Below are positions 1 to 12,271 of a stretch of DNA of 64,000 bases, in pieces (positions within the stretch are counted from its first letter, which is position 1; each line of letters begins with the position of its first letter). The position numbers and the translations under genes are program-made. Origin of the DNA: Utricularia gibba (Eukaryota > Plantae > Magnoliophyta); the NCBI GenBank assembly GCA_002189035.1, contig NEEC01000010.1:1054001-1118000 (forward strand), in the 5' to 3' direction. A model generated the notes under the pieces. The model was given only the letters and a program-made list of their open reading frames with translations, searched no databases and had not been told where the DNA came from.

Positions 1-2589
1 ATGACAAAAGCATCTTGAAGATCGCGGACTTTGGATTTGCAAGGTGTGGATTCTAGATAAATAGCTGACATGTTTATTAGAACCCTTGTTGGCCACAATA
101 TTTGGTTGCAAATATTACTCCTACTATCTGCATAAACTCTGTCCTTTATTGGTTATCTGGACATGGGGTTATGAGGCCCTTTCAACACATTTTGTTTCTA
201 GACACCTGTATTCTTGCACTTGGGCATGGAACAAACCTTTCAAGTGAATTTTCTTATTGGTCAATAGCTTCTCTAAGCTACAAATTGAATGTTCTCCTTT
301 TCTAGGCCCCTGCAGCCTACAGGACTTGCAGAAACCTTATGTGGTTCACCGTTGTACATGGCTCCCGAGATCATGCAGCTTCAGAAATATGATGCTAAGG
401 TGAGATATTAACAATACTCAAGCAGCCATTAACACATCGGAGATCCCTGTTAGATTTGCTCCTATAATGCCAGGCAGATCTGTGGAGTGTTGGTGCCATC
501 TTGTTTCAACTTGTAACCGGGAAGCCACCATTCACTGGGAATAACCAAATACAGGTTGGCTCAGTTTACATTGCTCAGCGTTTTGTTTCTGGTGTTTCAA
601 AAGCTTTTGGTTGGTGTCTGTCTGAATTGTTCTCAAAATCTTCTGCAGCTTCTAAATAACATTATGAAGTCAACTGAGCTCCAGTTTCCTCCTGAGGCGG
701 AAGGTTTGAGTCCTGCTTGCATCGATTTGTGCAAGAAATTGCTTCGTCGTGATCCAGGTTTTAGGAAAGCTTCAGACTCCGTTATACAACCCACTGTGAA
801 ACTTTACCCTCATGCATCAGTAACAGTATACATCCACGTTATCTGAAATCTGAAGTATTTGTTTTAACAGTGGAGCGGCTGACATTTGAAGAATTTTTTA
901 GCCATCCATATCTACTTGAAGGACATGCCGATGAAAGTTTCAGGTGCATTTCAAACATTTGCTCACGAGTATGAGCTTTTGGTTTCATGTCTGGATGTTA
1001 TTTTTTTCTGCTATCAGGAGCAGGAAATCCAAAGGGGTTTCTTACAATCATCCCGCAAGAAGCACAGAACAATCGTCTCAGGATGATTACCTGCCATTCA
1101 CTCTAGATGATGATGCTACTGGTCCAGATGCAAACGCTCCCCTCTCTACGAAGCAAAGCATGCAGCCCGCTTATGGGTTTTCTCCCGGGCTAAAGAGAGA
1201 TCCGGTTTCGAATCTTGGTAAACTAGCAGATTCTTCCAATCCCAGAGGTGGTAGGTGCTAGTTCATCATTTTCATTCTTTTCTTCCAGTGTTTTTTTTTT
1301 CCTGATTCTTCTGAACTTGACAGTTTTAGATTCACTGGAGTCAATCGATCAGGATTATGTGATTGTCTCAGGCACCCAGTTAGGCTCATCAGCATCACTA
1401 CGTTCTTCTAAGGCAAGTCACTGCCCCTCGAAATTTGGCAGTCATGATTCTAGAAATATGAACTCCACGAATGAAGGGCTGCCACTTACTAGTGGAGCAG
1501 CTGCTGGGGTCAGTTGCAACACAAACCTCGATGATAGACTCCCAATTGCGGGAACATCCCGGCAAGGTTCGATGGCTACAGCGGGCACCACTCAACAACC
1601 ATCTGCTGATGGCGTTAGGCGAATCAATTCTTTGCAGCATCATGCTGTGGCCATAACGGAACTAGTAAAAAGCAAGGTTGCTTCACACCTCTGTTTTTTT
1701 TTTTTTCTTTTTTGAATGTTGAAGTGTCTTGGTCATGGATGAATGTATTCTCGCAGCTCGAGGCAGGGAAGCAACTAGAAGCCTTTTCCATTCAGCTTGT
1801 GATTCTTGCCATATGGAAGCAAGCACTGAACATTTGCCACGCCCATGCTGCATCAGCTTTTGAAGAAAGCCGTACTAAGCTTGATATCAGGGAATCCCGA
1901 GATACCGCCAATGAAAATGAAGCTTCCGGCATTTGTGCCAAGATAGAGAGAGCATTTCTTCAGGAAGTAGAGCTTGCTGAACAACTTGCTAAAGCAGTAG
2001 ACCCAGGTACGATAACTGTAGGATTCGACAACTTCCTCCGCAGCTTTCAGATGACGATACTAAATCTATCTAATCCTGCACGTTATCTTTTTCAGGGAAC
2101 TTGGACATGCCTGAAGCCATGGAACTGATATACCAGTCGGCGCTGGAATTCGGTAGACACGGAGCTGTAAGTAATAACCGTTTTTTGCCTTCCTCAATAA
2201 TGATCCCAACTCAATACACCTTCCGTTTAGGCCATTCTGAACCGCATTGCTCTGTTATAAGCCCTTTACTTTATTTGGATGCTTTACCTCCAAAATGTTG
2301 TATGTACACTCCTCCGGTGGAGCCATTACGGGCTATGATCTCGCAGGTGGATGAATACATGGGCGATGTGGAAAACGCCGAAGCCTTGTATTCAAAAGCA
2401 GTGGTGTTGCTACAGTTTCTTCTGGCGGAGGCGTCTTCCCTCATTCTGAACCCGCCGTTCTCGCTCACCAACTCCGATCGCTACCGGATCCAGAGCTACG
2501 TCGACACCCTCCTGAACCGGCAGAACATCTCGCGCTCTCGAAGGATCGAGATTTTGAACTCCGAGGGTCAATCCCACCGCCCTTCCTGA
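1..2589 (+). CDS. ATG1: Autophagy Ser/Thr kinase ATG1, 3' part (5' end lies outside the window; multi-exon)
   Basis: Spliced translation gives kinase motifs [11 protein letters not shown] (exon to 43), [25 protein letters not shown] (306-399), [27 protein letters not shown] (474-554), then [29 protein letters not shown] and the C-terminal region [24 protein letters not shown]...[23 protein letters not shown] introns; stop at 2587-2589. Confidence 0.93.
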
Positions 2590-3433
2590 TTCTCAACCCT
2601 ATTTCTTCATTTGTTGATTAGAAGAAATTATTTGTATTGTGTATATATATATATATTGTCCTATTTCACAAAAAAAATTGAAATGATCGTATTTATTTTT
2701 CGATTATTCTTATTGCACGTGTGATAAGGGTCCGACCTGTCAAGTCGAATAAAATTTGTGATTGTGTGAATACGAGTCGAGGTGCTCGATCGTCCCAGAT
2801 CACGATTGGATCATTAATTTTTTTTTATTTTAAATGAATAATATGAATTAGATTTAATTAGGGTTGTACTACGCCCAACGATCCCTCAAGTCGACCCATA
2901 CTCATTTACTATGGATCTATCTTATACCAATTTTTTATGATTACGGATAATGAGTTTAATTTGTGATTGATCAAATCGACGGATATCCAAATTGATTCAT
3001 ATGAGTGACCACCTCTAGTTTGGTAAGTTACAATTTCACTGCATTTTTGGGCTACTATTTGCATGCATTCTTTAAAAAGAAAAGAAAGAAATGAATTGGT
3101 TGGATCTACTGGGAGTAAATCAAGGGTCGGGTTTCTAGTTCGATGATGGACTGAATGTAACTGCCAGCGGTATTCGTGGCAGTAAAAGAAAGAAGTCGGA
3201 AACGTGTATTGCGGCGAGTGTCTCCACGTGTCGCCGATCCCAGCCGTGTGTGACGGTTAGTTTTGAACATTTAAAAACACTCGGGAGGTACAAAGTACGT
3301 GCCAACCTTTTCCGTCTACATTCATCGCTCCTCGCCGATAGACAATCCACAATCGCGCCCTCTTCTCCGATAGTTACCTTCTCCTCTGCGCCGGCGTGTG
3401 AAGAGGGAAATGATGGAGACAGAGACCTTGAGA

Positions 3434-4233
3434 ATGGAGGATCAGGAGAAGGAATCTGGTTTCAGGGCGGCTCCTGTTCTCAAGGACTCTTCTGGGCATC
3501 TTCCTCCTCCTCCTCCTCCTGAGACGTCTACCAAGGTTTGCTCGGTTAGTGAAATTCACATTCTGTTTCGAATCTTGTTTTTGTTTCTGGATTCTGTCTG
3601 GTATTTGGTGTCGACAAGCTGCATGCACAGCCGCTGTTGGTTCATCCCATCGACTGGATCTGGTTTGCAGTTAGGTTTGGGAGAGCACCCAATCCCAGTT
3701 CTTGAGAAGACGGTGAACTCCGACTCAGCGATGGAGGCTGTGGATTCCGGTTCAGGTGGGTGGCACGTGCCTTGGCTTGCAAATAGTGAACCAAGGAATG
3801 AAGGGATGAAATCGTGTGTAGGTGGTGGCGGTGGGAGGCACAGGAGGAGCTCCACGAAGGAGATGTTTGAGAAGCTTTACCCAGAGGAAGAAACGCGTCC
3901 ATTTCACTACAGTTCTTCGATTTACTATGGGGCACAAGATGTCTATTTTCAACCGGAAATGCACACACCATTAGTACCGGTACCTTACCCGCTTCAGTTT
4001 TCATATACTTCACTGTGTGTTAACGCGAGTGTGTGTCTCCTTTTCATGGGAACAGGAGGTTCAGAGAGAGGGTGGGGGTGGTGAGGATTTGGATGCTGCC
4101 ATGAGAGGAAACTGGTGGCAGGGTACATTGACATCAATCTCATGCCCTTCTGAATCTTGCTTTAAGGGAAGGAGCCTAACACGCAATTTCCTCTTCTCTT
4201 CTCGTCTGTCTTGCAGGATCCCTTTACTACTAG
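3434..4233 (+). CDS. Small plant uncharacterised protein of the 'SSSIYYG..D.Y / RGNWWQGSLYY' family (about 4 exons)
   Basis: PFHYSSSIYYGAQDVY in one exon; penultimate exon DAAMRGNWWQG is spliced to GSLYY* (4217-4233). In-frame upstream ATGs at 3410 and 3413 are alternative starts. Confidence 0.8.
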
Positions 4234-4698
4234 ACCAGACCATGTGCCTTTGTTTGGCCTCAGCCTCCTATACTGCTCTTTTTATGCAACTATAGGCAGC
4301 TGCAAACTGTGGCCCCTCGCCCTCCTTGTATGAATCAAATGGATTGCTTTAACTAATCTCAAATTCCCCTTGTTGTCCTAAATCATGAACTAGTATCACC
4401 AAAGAGATAGATTGCAGAATCAGCACGCACACTGCATACACCATGCTCTACAGACTGTAGGAACCAAATTCTAGGTGGTAAGAGCGTACCTTGATCATGG
4501 GTATACCGCAAAAGCACACCATTTCATTCAGGAACCATGTACTAAATCATAATGCGTAATATACATGCACTGGACACACTGTTTGATTCGTGAAGCACCT
4601 AGGAAAGCGCTAGGAAAGCGCGAGGAAATAGATGTAGACACACCATGCGTAATAGGTTGACTAGTGTAACGGAGAAGGTGAAACGGATAGTCTCTCGC

Positions 4699-5409
4699 TC
4701 AGTTCTTCACTACTGTAACAGGGCAGGTGGCATTCATGATCACGTAATCCGTCACGCTCCCCAATAGTATCCTGCAAGTGTGAATCATCAGAAACCATAT
4801 TGTAACAAGAAAGTCAATCAACGGTGATCACCGCCACCGCCACCGCCACCACCTTTTGAGGGCGGAGAGTCCCCTGCTTCCCATTACCGCCATCTCCAGC
4901 TTCAACTCTTCTACCGCTTCCACAATCTTCTCCCGCGCATCTCCACGGTACACCTTCGCCACGAACGTGATCTAGATTTTGCAATCGGAAAAAAATTCAG
5001 ATCCGGAAAAATTGAATAAATTCCATTTCTGAAAAAAAAACACACACACACACACAACTACACCTCCTTCTGGCGAGACGCGGTGTCGAGCGCGTCGAGA
5101 ACTTCTATGTCGATCGGAACATCGTAATGCTTCAAAACAAACGGTTCTCGAAACTCCCGCAGCGGAATCAAGGCTGCAATCAAGAAAGTCCACAACCGAT
5201 CGAATCAGATCCAGAATCCGATACCAGGAAAATCGAGCATCGCAGCACTTACGCGAGTCGCCGGTAGATTCGTGCCCGGAGCGAGGCCTGACGTGGAGAA
5301 TGTACACCGTATCCCCGTCGCGTGCGAGATTTTCGATCGACCACCGCAACGCCGCTTTGCTGCTCCTCGAGAAATCAATTGCCACCCCGATTCTCCTACC
5401 ACCAGCCAT
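4699..5409 (-). CDS. Universal stress protein A (USP) domain protein, 4 exons
   Basis: [28 protein letters not shown]...; [10 protein letters not shown]...[16 protein letters not shown]; [40 protein letters not shown]; last exon [23 protein letters not shown]. Contains the G-2x-G-9x-GS ATP-binding USP signature. Confidence 0.93.
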
Positions 5410-8400
5410 TGATGATCACCCTATGCTTCTTCTCAATCCTGTCACGTTCCTATTTCGGCTTGCTTTATCCAATTCCTATATTGTCGTGGCGTCCAAGGAA
5501 GCTGACGCCAGACCCGTAACCGCTCCCAGTTTTTTGTTTGGTTCTGCAAGTGAAGAGACTTGCCTTTGACGCCAGATCACGGATCGTACTTCTGCTTTAA
5601 CAAACACATTTTTAAAAGCAGATTCCACGCATCATTTCACCTGAAACCTATCTGTAACTCCGCGTGACTCGGATTCTAATAAGCAACCGACCAAATTCCG
5701 GATTAGCTCTTCGAATGAACTAAAAATAGAAAGTTTACCTTGTAGGTTAGAAATCTAAATTTCTGAGCTTTTAGTTTATTTTAATCATTATTATTGATTA
5801 AAATGTTATCCTAAGTACCCTCATGGTTAGGAATTGTATAGCCTCTAATAGGCACAACTCCATTAAGGAATGATTTTTGGGGTTAATCTATAAACTGACA
5901 ACTGAAATTGAATAAAATTAACCCATTAGAAACTAAATTAATCGATTTATAGAAAGATTGTTTAATCAGGGGTGATTATTAAGATTAACCGAACAAACAT
6001 TCGAATAAGTGTAGAAATCAAAAATCATAATCGGATTAAAAATAAAAATACACAAAATTTATTTAACTATCTAAAAAATGATTCGGTAAATTACTGAACT
6101 AAACGATAACGGACTTATGCCAAATTTTACTAATCTAAATCACATTGAATTTTTCGATTTCAGTTCAATTGAATTTGGTTAGTTGGTTTTTCCGATTACT
6201 AACTGAATTCTACTCAGTTCTAGTTCTATTGTTATATGGCTTGCCCCAAAGTCAAATTGAGAATTGATACATATTTAGAATTGTATTTGAGTAATCATTA
6301 TTATCTAAGTGATTAGTGTTTGAAGTGATAAAATGAAAATAATTTGTATAAGTAATGATATATTTTATTTATATTTATTATTAATTATATTTTATAAATT
6401 CATAAATTTTACACCATATTTATAAATCATAATTTCTATTATAAAGTATTATAATTTTATTTGGTTGATGTACTTAAATGCTGATGAGTTTAAATTATTT
6501 GGATTTAAATAAATCCAAATATGTAGTTATAAAAATACCTATACCTGGGTATACATATATCTATATAATTGATATAATTATAACTATATACCAAATTACA
6601 TAATTTTATTAAATCCATCATAAATCAATTTTATATCTTCATATCAAACAAACCTTATGTAAATCTATAAATGATTCTATATATGTATTACTATTTATTA
6701 GACGTATATTAAAATTATAATTTAAAACTTAAAGTTTGTTAATATTTTTCTTATAAAAAATAATATTTGTAATTATTTATGAAAAAAAATATTGAGATAA
6801 ATGTAAATTTATATTCCATAATTAAAAATCGCTCCTGATAGAACAAAATTATAAAGGAAATTTAGAAATTAAAGGTATAAAAAATAGCAGTGGTTTTCGC
6901 CACAATCTTCGGATTCTCTGTCAAAGAATGAAGCATGATGCCTGATCCCGCGCGAGAGTGGTGCCGCCGTGTCCGCTTTAGCGTGGGACGAGTGTAGTAA
7001 TCGACACGCGTGTCGTGATGTGAAAGTCAAGGAATCAGGTGATGTAATGGCGTCTTAATAAAAGGAAGAGGGCAAGGCAAAGGAGGAGGACCCAAAGCAA
7101 AAGAAACAACTCGTGATCCGTCTTCCTCCATCACTTCACGCCTCCCAAAACCGTCCCCAATTCTCATTTACCAAATAAACGAAAATAAAATAAATTCAAA
7201 AAGAAAAAATAGATTTTGATAATAAAATTGCAAAAATATGGCCAAAAAGATTCTGGTGGGGCCCTCCGCTCACGCAGGCGGATTTCGCTTTAACGGAAAG
7301 GAGCACCACTCGCTCAGGGGTAAACACGCCAATCCACTTCAAAAGGTGAGGGCAGAACCGTCACAAGACATAACAAAAAAGCCCAACTAAAAACCTAGAA
7401 GCCCATCATCACCGGCCGCCCTCGCTTTATCACCACGTGGCGGGGCGAAAGTGACGTGAGTGTGGCCACTCTGCCACCCCTCCGCGGAATCCGAAGAGGG
7501 CCTGCCCCCAGCCTCGGACCACCATCTAAAAAAGTCCAAAGGAAATTAACACATTATCTTATATATTTGAATTTAATCCCATGCATAGTTATTAATATGT
7601 TCATGTCACGAATCAATGTGTCAAACTGTCGGACACCGAACATAATCATTATTTCAAATTTAAATGGCAATAATTTCGGAAAAACTTAATGCCATTCAAT
7701 GTAAAATAAATAAACAACACGCTAAAAATAAATGGCCAGCTGAGCCACACGAGTCTTATCCCCACCCCGTTTGTAAATATTATATAATTAATATGCTTAA
7801 TTATAAGTATATATATACTTAATTATGATAGAAATATGAGTATATCTCTATTTTCATTTGTGTATATATTCACATGTTCAAAAAATGTGTATATTAGTGA
7901 TATAGAGATTCAAAAACTGACACCCATTTCTTTGTCCCCATTAACGATGAATAATTACATTATTTTGAGCTAATTTCAGATGAATTTAGTAATTAAAAAA
8001 CACAAAAAATGGAAATATTCTTTGTTGTAGAATAATTATAACCGTTTAGGTGAAAACTTCCAAAACAGACATATGAGCCACGTCCCAAAGAGCGGGGTGT
8101 GTGGCCCGGGTGTGGTTAAAAACTGTCAAATAGTGCCCTAAAGCGCCGTGCTGTCACATCACACGCCGTCCGCCGCTGGGCCGGCGGTGGCCGCCATGGC
8201 TCCGGTGGCGCTTCCTTATTCTTCAATGCAACATTATATATATATATAGATATATAAAAACAGATACCCATTTCCCATCCTTCCACTCTGCCTCCTCATT
8301 CTCTCCCTTCCTTTATCTCTTATCTGCTCTCCTGCACTGCGCTGCACTGCACTGTACTGGGTCCCTTCAGATCTTTTTGCTTCTTCTTGTTCCTGCGGCG

Positions 8401-8529
8401 GGTTCTGCGGTTCCTCTGCCTTCAACCTACCGCAATCGATTCACATGTCTCTAATTTGACTTACATCTTTCAAAATCCCCGCCCTCCAGGTCTCTTTTAT
8501 CTACCCGTGTAGTTTTCTTTTCTGTTTTC

Positions 8530-9574
8530 ATGGCGCTGGAGCTAGACGACGCTGAGTTCTGGTTGCCTTCGGGTTTTCTCTCCGACGATGACTTTTTGGC
8601 CGATTTCGAAGCTGCTCCCCGCCTAAGGGTATCAAATGGTTGTGGAAATTTTTTGGGGGATCTGGGCTCTCCAGTGGAGTCCGTCTATGGCGGATCTACG
8701 GAAACTGAGAGCGACGAAGATGATGTCGTTCTGTGGCTTACTCGGAAACCATTCTTCGGTTCCTATTCACTCTTCTCCTCCGATTACAGAGCTAATAAGG
8801 TGACTGAGATGTCCTCACTTTTCGCGCCCGTGCTCTGCTCTGTAGTGTGTACTCATTTCTCTTGTTCTCTGTAGGAGTGGAAGATGTACGGTTCTCCACA
8901 ATCCACCCTCTCTCTCAACTGGGATTTGCCCTGCCTCGCCGCTGCTGAACTCGCAAGTTTCAAGATGGCCGAGTCGACACCACAACCAACCGGAAAGTGG
9001 TGCGCGGCGAGTTTCCCGGTCTACAGTCAGAGTTCTCAAAACGACGCCGCCCTTCGCCTCGCTTATCTCCAACTACAGGCATCCCAAGTTCGTAGTTCTC
9101 TGGACTCCACAGTCACTCCCGATTATTACTTCCGTTTCCTTTTGTGAGCTTTTGCTGTTCAGTTTCAGAAAATGAAGCAGCAGCAGCAGATGATGCAGAG
9201 CCGGCCTCTACGACAGGCGCCTGTCCCGCCACCGGGGACCTTCTCTTTCCCGTCTTCCCAACAACCAGTGCATCCGCATCGTCCAGTTTCCTCCATCAAA
9301 ACGTCTCTCCCCAGAGATACCCCCGTAAGAAGGGAGCGAAACGGAACAGGGGTGTTCCTACCGAGGCTCGTATCCCCAGACCCCCGGAAAAAACAAGGTG
9401 CGCGTTTCCCCGGAAGGAGCCATTAATGCTTGTAACCCGTAACCGAGCTTGCAAACTTACTTTTCCCTTTTTTTTTTTTTTCCCCACAGCCGCCGGCGAC
9501 AGTGTAGGTAGTATCAAGAGGGGTTTCCCGGAACGAACCAGGAGATTGGGCTCCCCAAAGAATGGATCTACTGA
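8530..9574 (+). CDS. Plant uncharacterised protein (DAEFWLPS...GSPQSTL...GTGVFLPR...LP(K/Q)EW(I/T)Y family); apparent frameshift in last exon
   Basis: Exons encode ELDDAEFWLPSGFLSDDDF, LGSPVESVYGGSTETESDEDD, YGSPQSTLS and NGTGVFLPR. The family-type ending EIGLPKEWIY* (stop 9572-9574) needs one extra G in the run at 9520-9523. Confidence 0.75.
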
Positions 9575-10117
9575 ACCAAAAGCCGCTTGTTTTGTGACGG
9601 TTGCAGAATGATTAGTGGGTGATTAGCGAGGGATCATCTCCTAGTTTAGTCATAGTGGGAGTGTTAAGAGTAGTGGGATTACATGATGAAGCCAAGAAAA
9701 CAGGAGACGACTTAGTGTAGTGAAGTGTCGTGTGCGCCGGTGGGGTGGTTCGAGGTACAAGAAAAGTCGAGGCCGGCAGCTTCTGTTCAAGGCAAAAAAA
9801 TAAGTCTTTTGAACAGAACCTGGGTTCTGTCCCTTTTGTCGCAGCAGCATTATTTTCAATAGACTATAATCTTAATTACCTATTTTTTGAAATACTTAAA
9901 TTAATGAATCTTCATTTTTAATAAATTCAAAATTGTAAACGAATCAATATTGTTTTAGAGTATAAGAAAAATAAATCAAAATTTATTCATGATTTAATTA
10001 TAATTCATTATATTTTGATGTTTTACAAAGTAAAAATATTAAAATATTAATAAAGAAATTACAGAGGGGTAAAGGTGTAACAGCACAATTTTGTAGAAGA
10101 AAAAAACGAGCATTACA

Positions 10118-10552
10118 TTAGTTGGGCACATTTCCTCTCTTTCTAAGCGCAAAAGTAGAAACAACGGATCCGACGGCGTGGCCCAGAACGGCGGCTATAA
10201 AAACGCCTCCGTTGTATGAGTTCACCGACAGCATCACAATATACCCAATCCCGGCCCGGACCACCGTGATCCCAAACTGCGTCCATATCCTGGCAGCTCG
10301 ATTTGAACTGGGGCATTCGATTTTGGACAGAACCTCGACAGCGGCGGCGAGAAGGAACACGAGAATGAGCGACAGGGCGTACATGCCGGAGTTGCTGTCC
10401 GGCCAATTTGGGAACAGAAAGAGTGCTTCGTCGCCCCAGTAGAAGGAGTGCGGACGGAGGTGTGCGTGCATCGGCGGCGGCGGGTCATGGCGGAAATGGG
10501 ACTCTTTCTTATCAGTTTCCCTCTGAGATAGTCGTGAAACGCAGCGATCCAT
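10118..10552 (-). CDS. COPT4: COPT/Ctr copper transporter family member, non-canonical (COPT4-like), single exon
   Basis: SFYWG..ALFLFPNWP..SGMYALSLILVFLLAAAVEVLS (TM1) and VRAGIGYIVMLSVNSYNGGVFIAAVLGHAVG (TM2/TM3 with GxxxG). It lies next to IPCS, as COPT4 does in Arabidopsis (recalled, not checked). Family assignment is firm; the orthologue name is tentative. Confidence 0.8.
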   Translation of the reverse strand: MDRCVSRLSQRETDKKESHFRHDPPPPMHAHLRPHSFYWGDEALFLFPNWPDSNSGMYALSLILVFLLAAAVEVLSKIECPSSNRAARIWTQFGITVVRAGIGYIVMLSVNSYNGGVFIAAVLGHAVGSVVSTFALRKRGNVPN

Positions 10553-10749
10553 TTATGAGGAATTTTGTTCTCGTCTTCTCCCCCAAGAAACTCGAAGGCT
10601 GAAACCTGCAGCAGTTGGAGTGAGAGCAAAGAATTGGATTCTTTTGCTTTCAACTCTCTGGTTCCTCCCAGCCCAGTTTGTATGCATCCATCCAGTCAAG
10701 CTTTTTTTTCTTATCATTTCTTTGGAAAATTTAATAAATTGTAACTAAC

Positions 10750-11290
10750 CAATGTTTGGGAATAATATCTGGCAATTATGGAATTCAAACATATATCAAA
10801 TTCTATTTTACAAAATTAATTTTTAAGAATCAATTTATTTATATAAGAAGTATAAATGGTAGTTTTTCTTTATACTAATTGATTTTTAAAAAATGATTTT
10901 AAAATTGAAATTATAGTTATATTCAATTTTTTATAAATAATTTAATTGTTTTAATTTTTAAATTATAAATTAATATAAATATATTTAAATTAAAGTAATG
11001 ATATAAATTATAATTCAAAAATTATATAATTTTTTTATAATATATATGATATGTAAAAAATATTTTTAAATTATAAATTTATAAAATATAATTATTAATA
11101 TATATACATATATATGTTATTTTATTATTAACATCAATTTTCAATTTTTATTTTTTAAATATGAATTTATTCTTAAAAAATAATTCTAAATATATATAAT
11201 TATTATTATATCAAAATTGAAAATTCTGGTATAATTAATTTTAGAGTAACTTTTGAAAACCTAATTTACCTTTATTTACTACCAAACTGG
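10750..11290. mobile_element. Probable Tourist/PIF-Harbinger-like MITE (AT-rich)
   Basis: Very AT-rich block bounded by ...atgtttggga (about 10754) and actaccaaac (about 11278-11287). The right end is the reverse complement of the gtttggtagt terminus seen at about 53353. Confidence 0.4.
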
Positions 11291-12271
11291 GAAACACCGC
11301 GTCGTGTAGGGGAAAGTGATGCATGTGGAGTCGCCGTACTAAATGACACGCGTGTCCGCGTCATTTTGAATGGACTTGTCGCCAATCGCCACCGGATCCT
11401 GACTCGTCAACCCGGAACTCCTCCCTTCCATTACAAACCCTCATCCATTTTGATACATCCTTCAGACAACATAAGATTATTGTTACGCCATCATGTGTCT
11501 AGAAGGATCCAGAAAAGTCGCTTTGATGTTTCTAGTAGACATGCCAATTTATTTTGTCAAGAAAGTTATTTTAAAATTGGATTCACTTTATTTTTTATGT
11601 ACTTGTAAGATTAAATTCATGTATTACGGAAATTAAAAATAATTATCTAAATTTTATGTATTATAAAAAGGAATTTTTATATAATTGAAGGGAATTGTCA
11701 AAGAAATGAAAACGGGTAAGAGCCGTCGTCAGTTATGTGGCCACTTTGCGTTTGGATAGCAATCGTTTTTCTCATGAATTTCTGTTCCTGTTTTGACAGT
11801 ACTAAAATGGGGTAGGAAAGCAACCATCTTTTCACACAGACTTATTCAAATGAAATCCGTGTTGGGTTCGCGTCACTCGGGGGAGGAATCCATCGGACGA
11901 ATCAAATAGCCAGAATTCTCGAATTTATAGATGCCGTGCGAGGGGGAGAGGGGCGGAGAGAGAGAGTGAGAGGATTCCCCCATGTCCCCACGATCCCCTT
12001 TTGTTGTGTATGTGTGAAAGAGAGATATATGCAGAATCTCATCCATTTTGAATTTTGATTCTCCGGGTGGTGCCAGCGAGGAAACGGCTGTGTGAAACTC
12101 TTTTATTTCCTCGATTTGGGAAATTGCAGATCTTGAAGCCGGAGAAGAGGGCTGTCGTTAGAATCTCTGAAAATTGGATCTTTTTGGCGGACGCGTCTAC
12201 GGAAACTGTTTGATTTTGGTTGTTGTGATTCCTGGAGTATGCCATTGCTGCTGCTTTCACGTACGTTGACG

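Noticed and set aside
2715-3020. Repeat-like spacer with gacc/gtcg motifs (possible hAT-type MITE relic)
   Set aside because: Only one terminus-like sequence (gtgaccacctcta); no matching TIR or TSD found.
4595-4630. Short tandem CTAGGAAAGCG repeats downstream of USP
   Set aside because: Only 2-3 imperfect 11-bp units with no spacers; not CRISPR-like and of no evident function.
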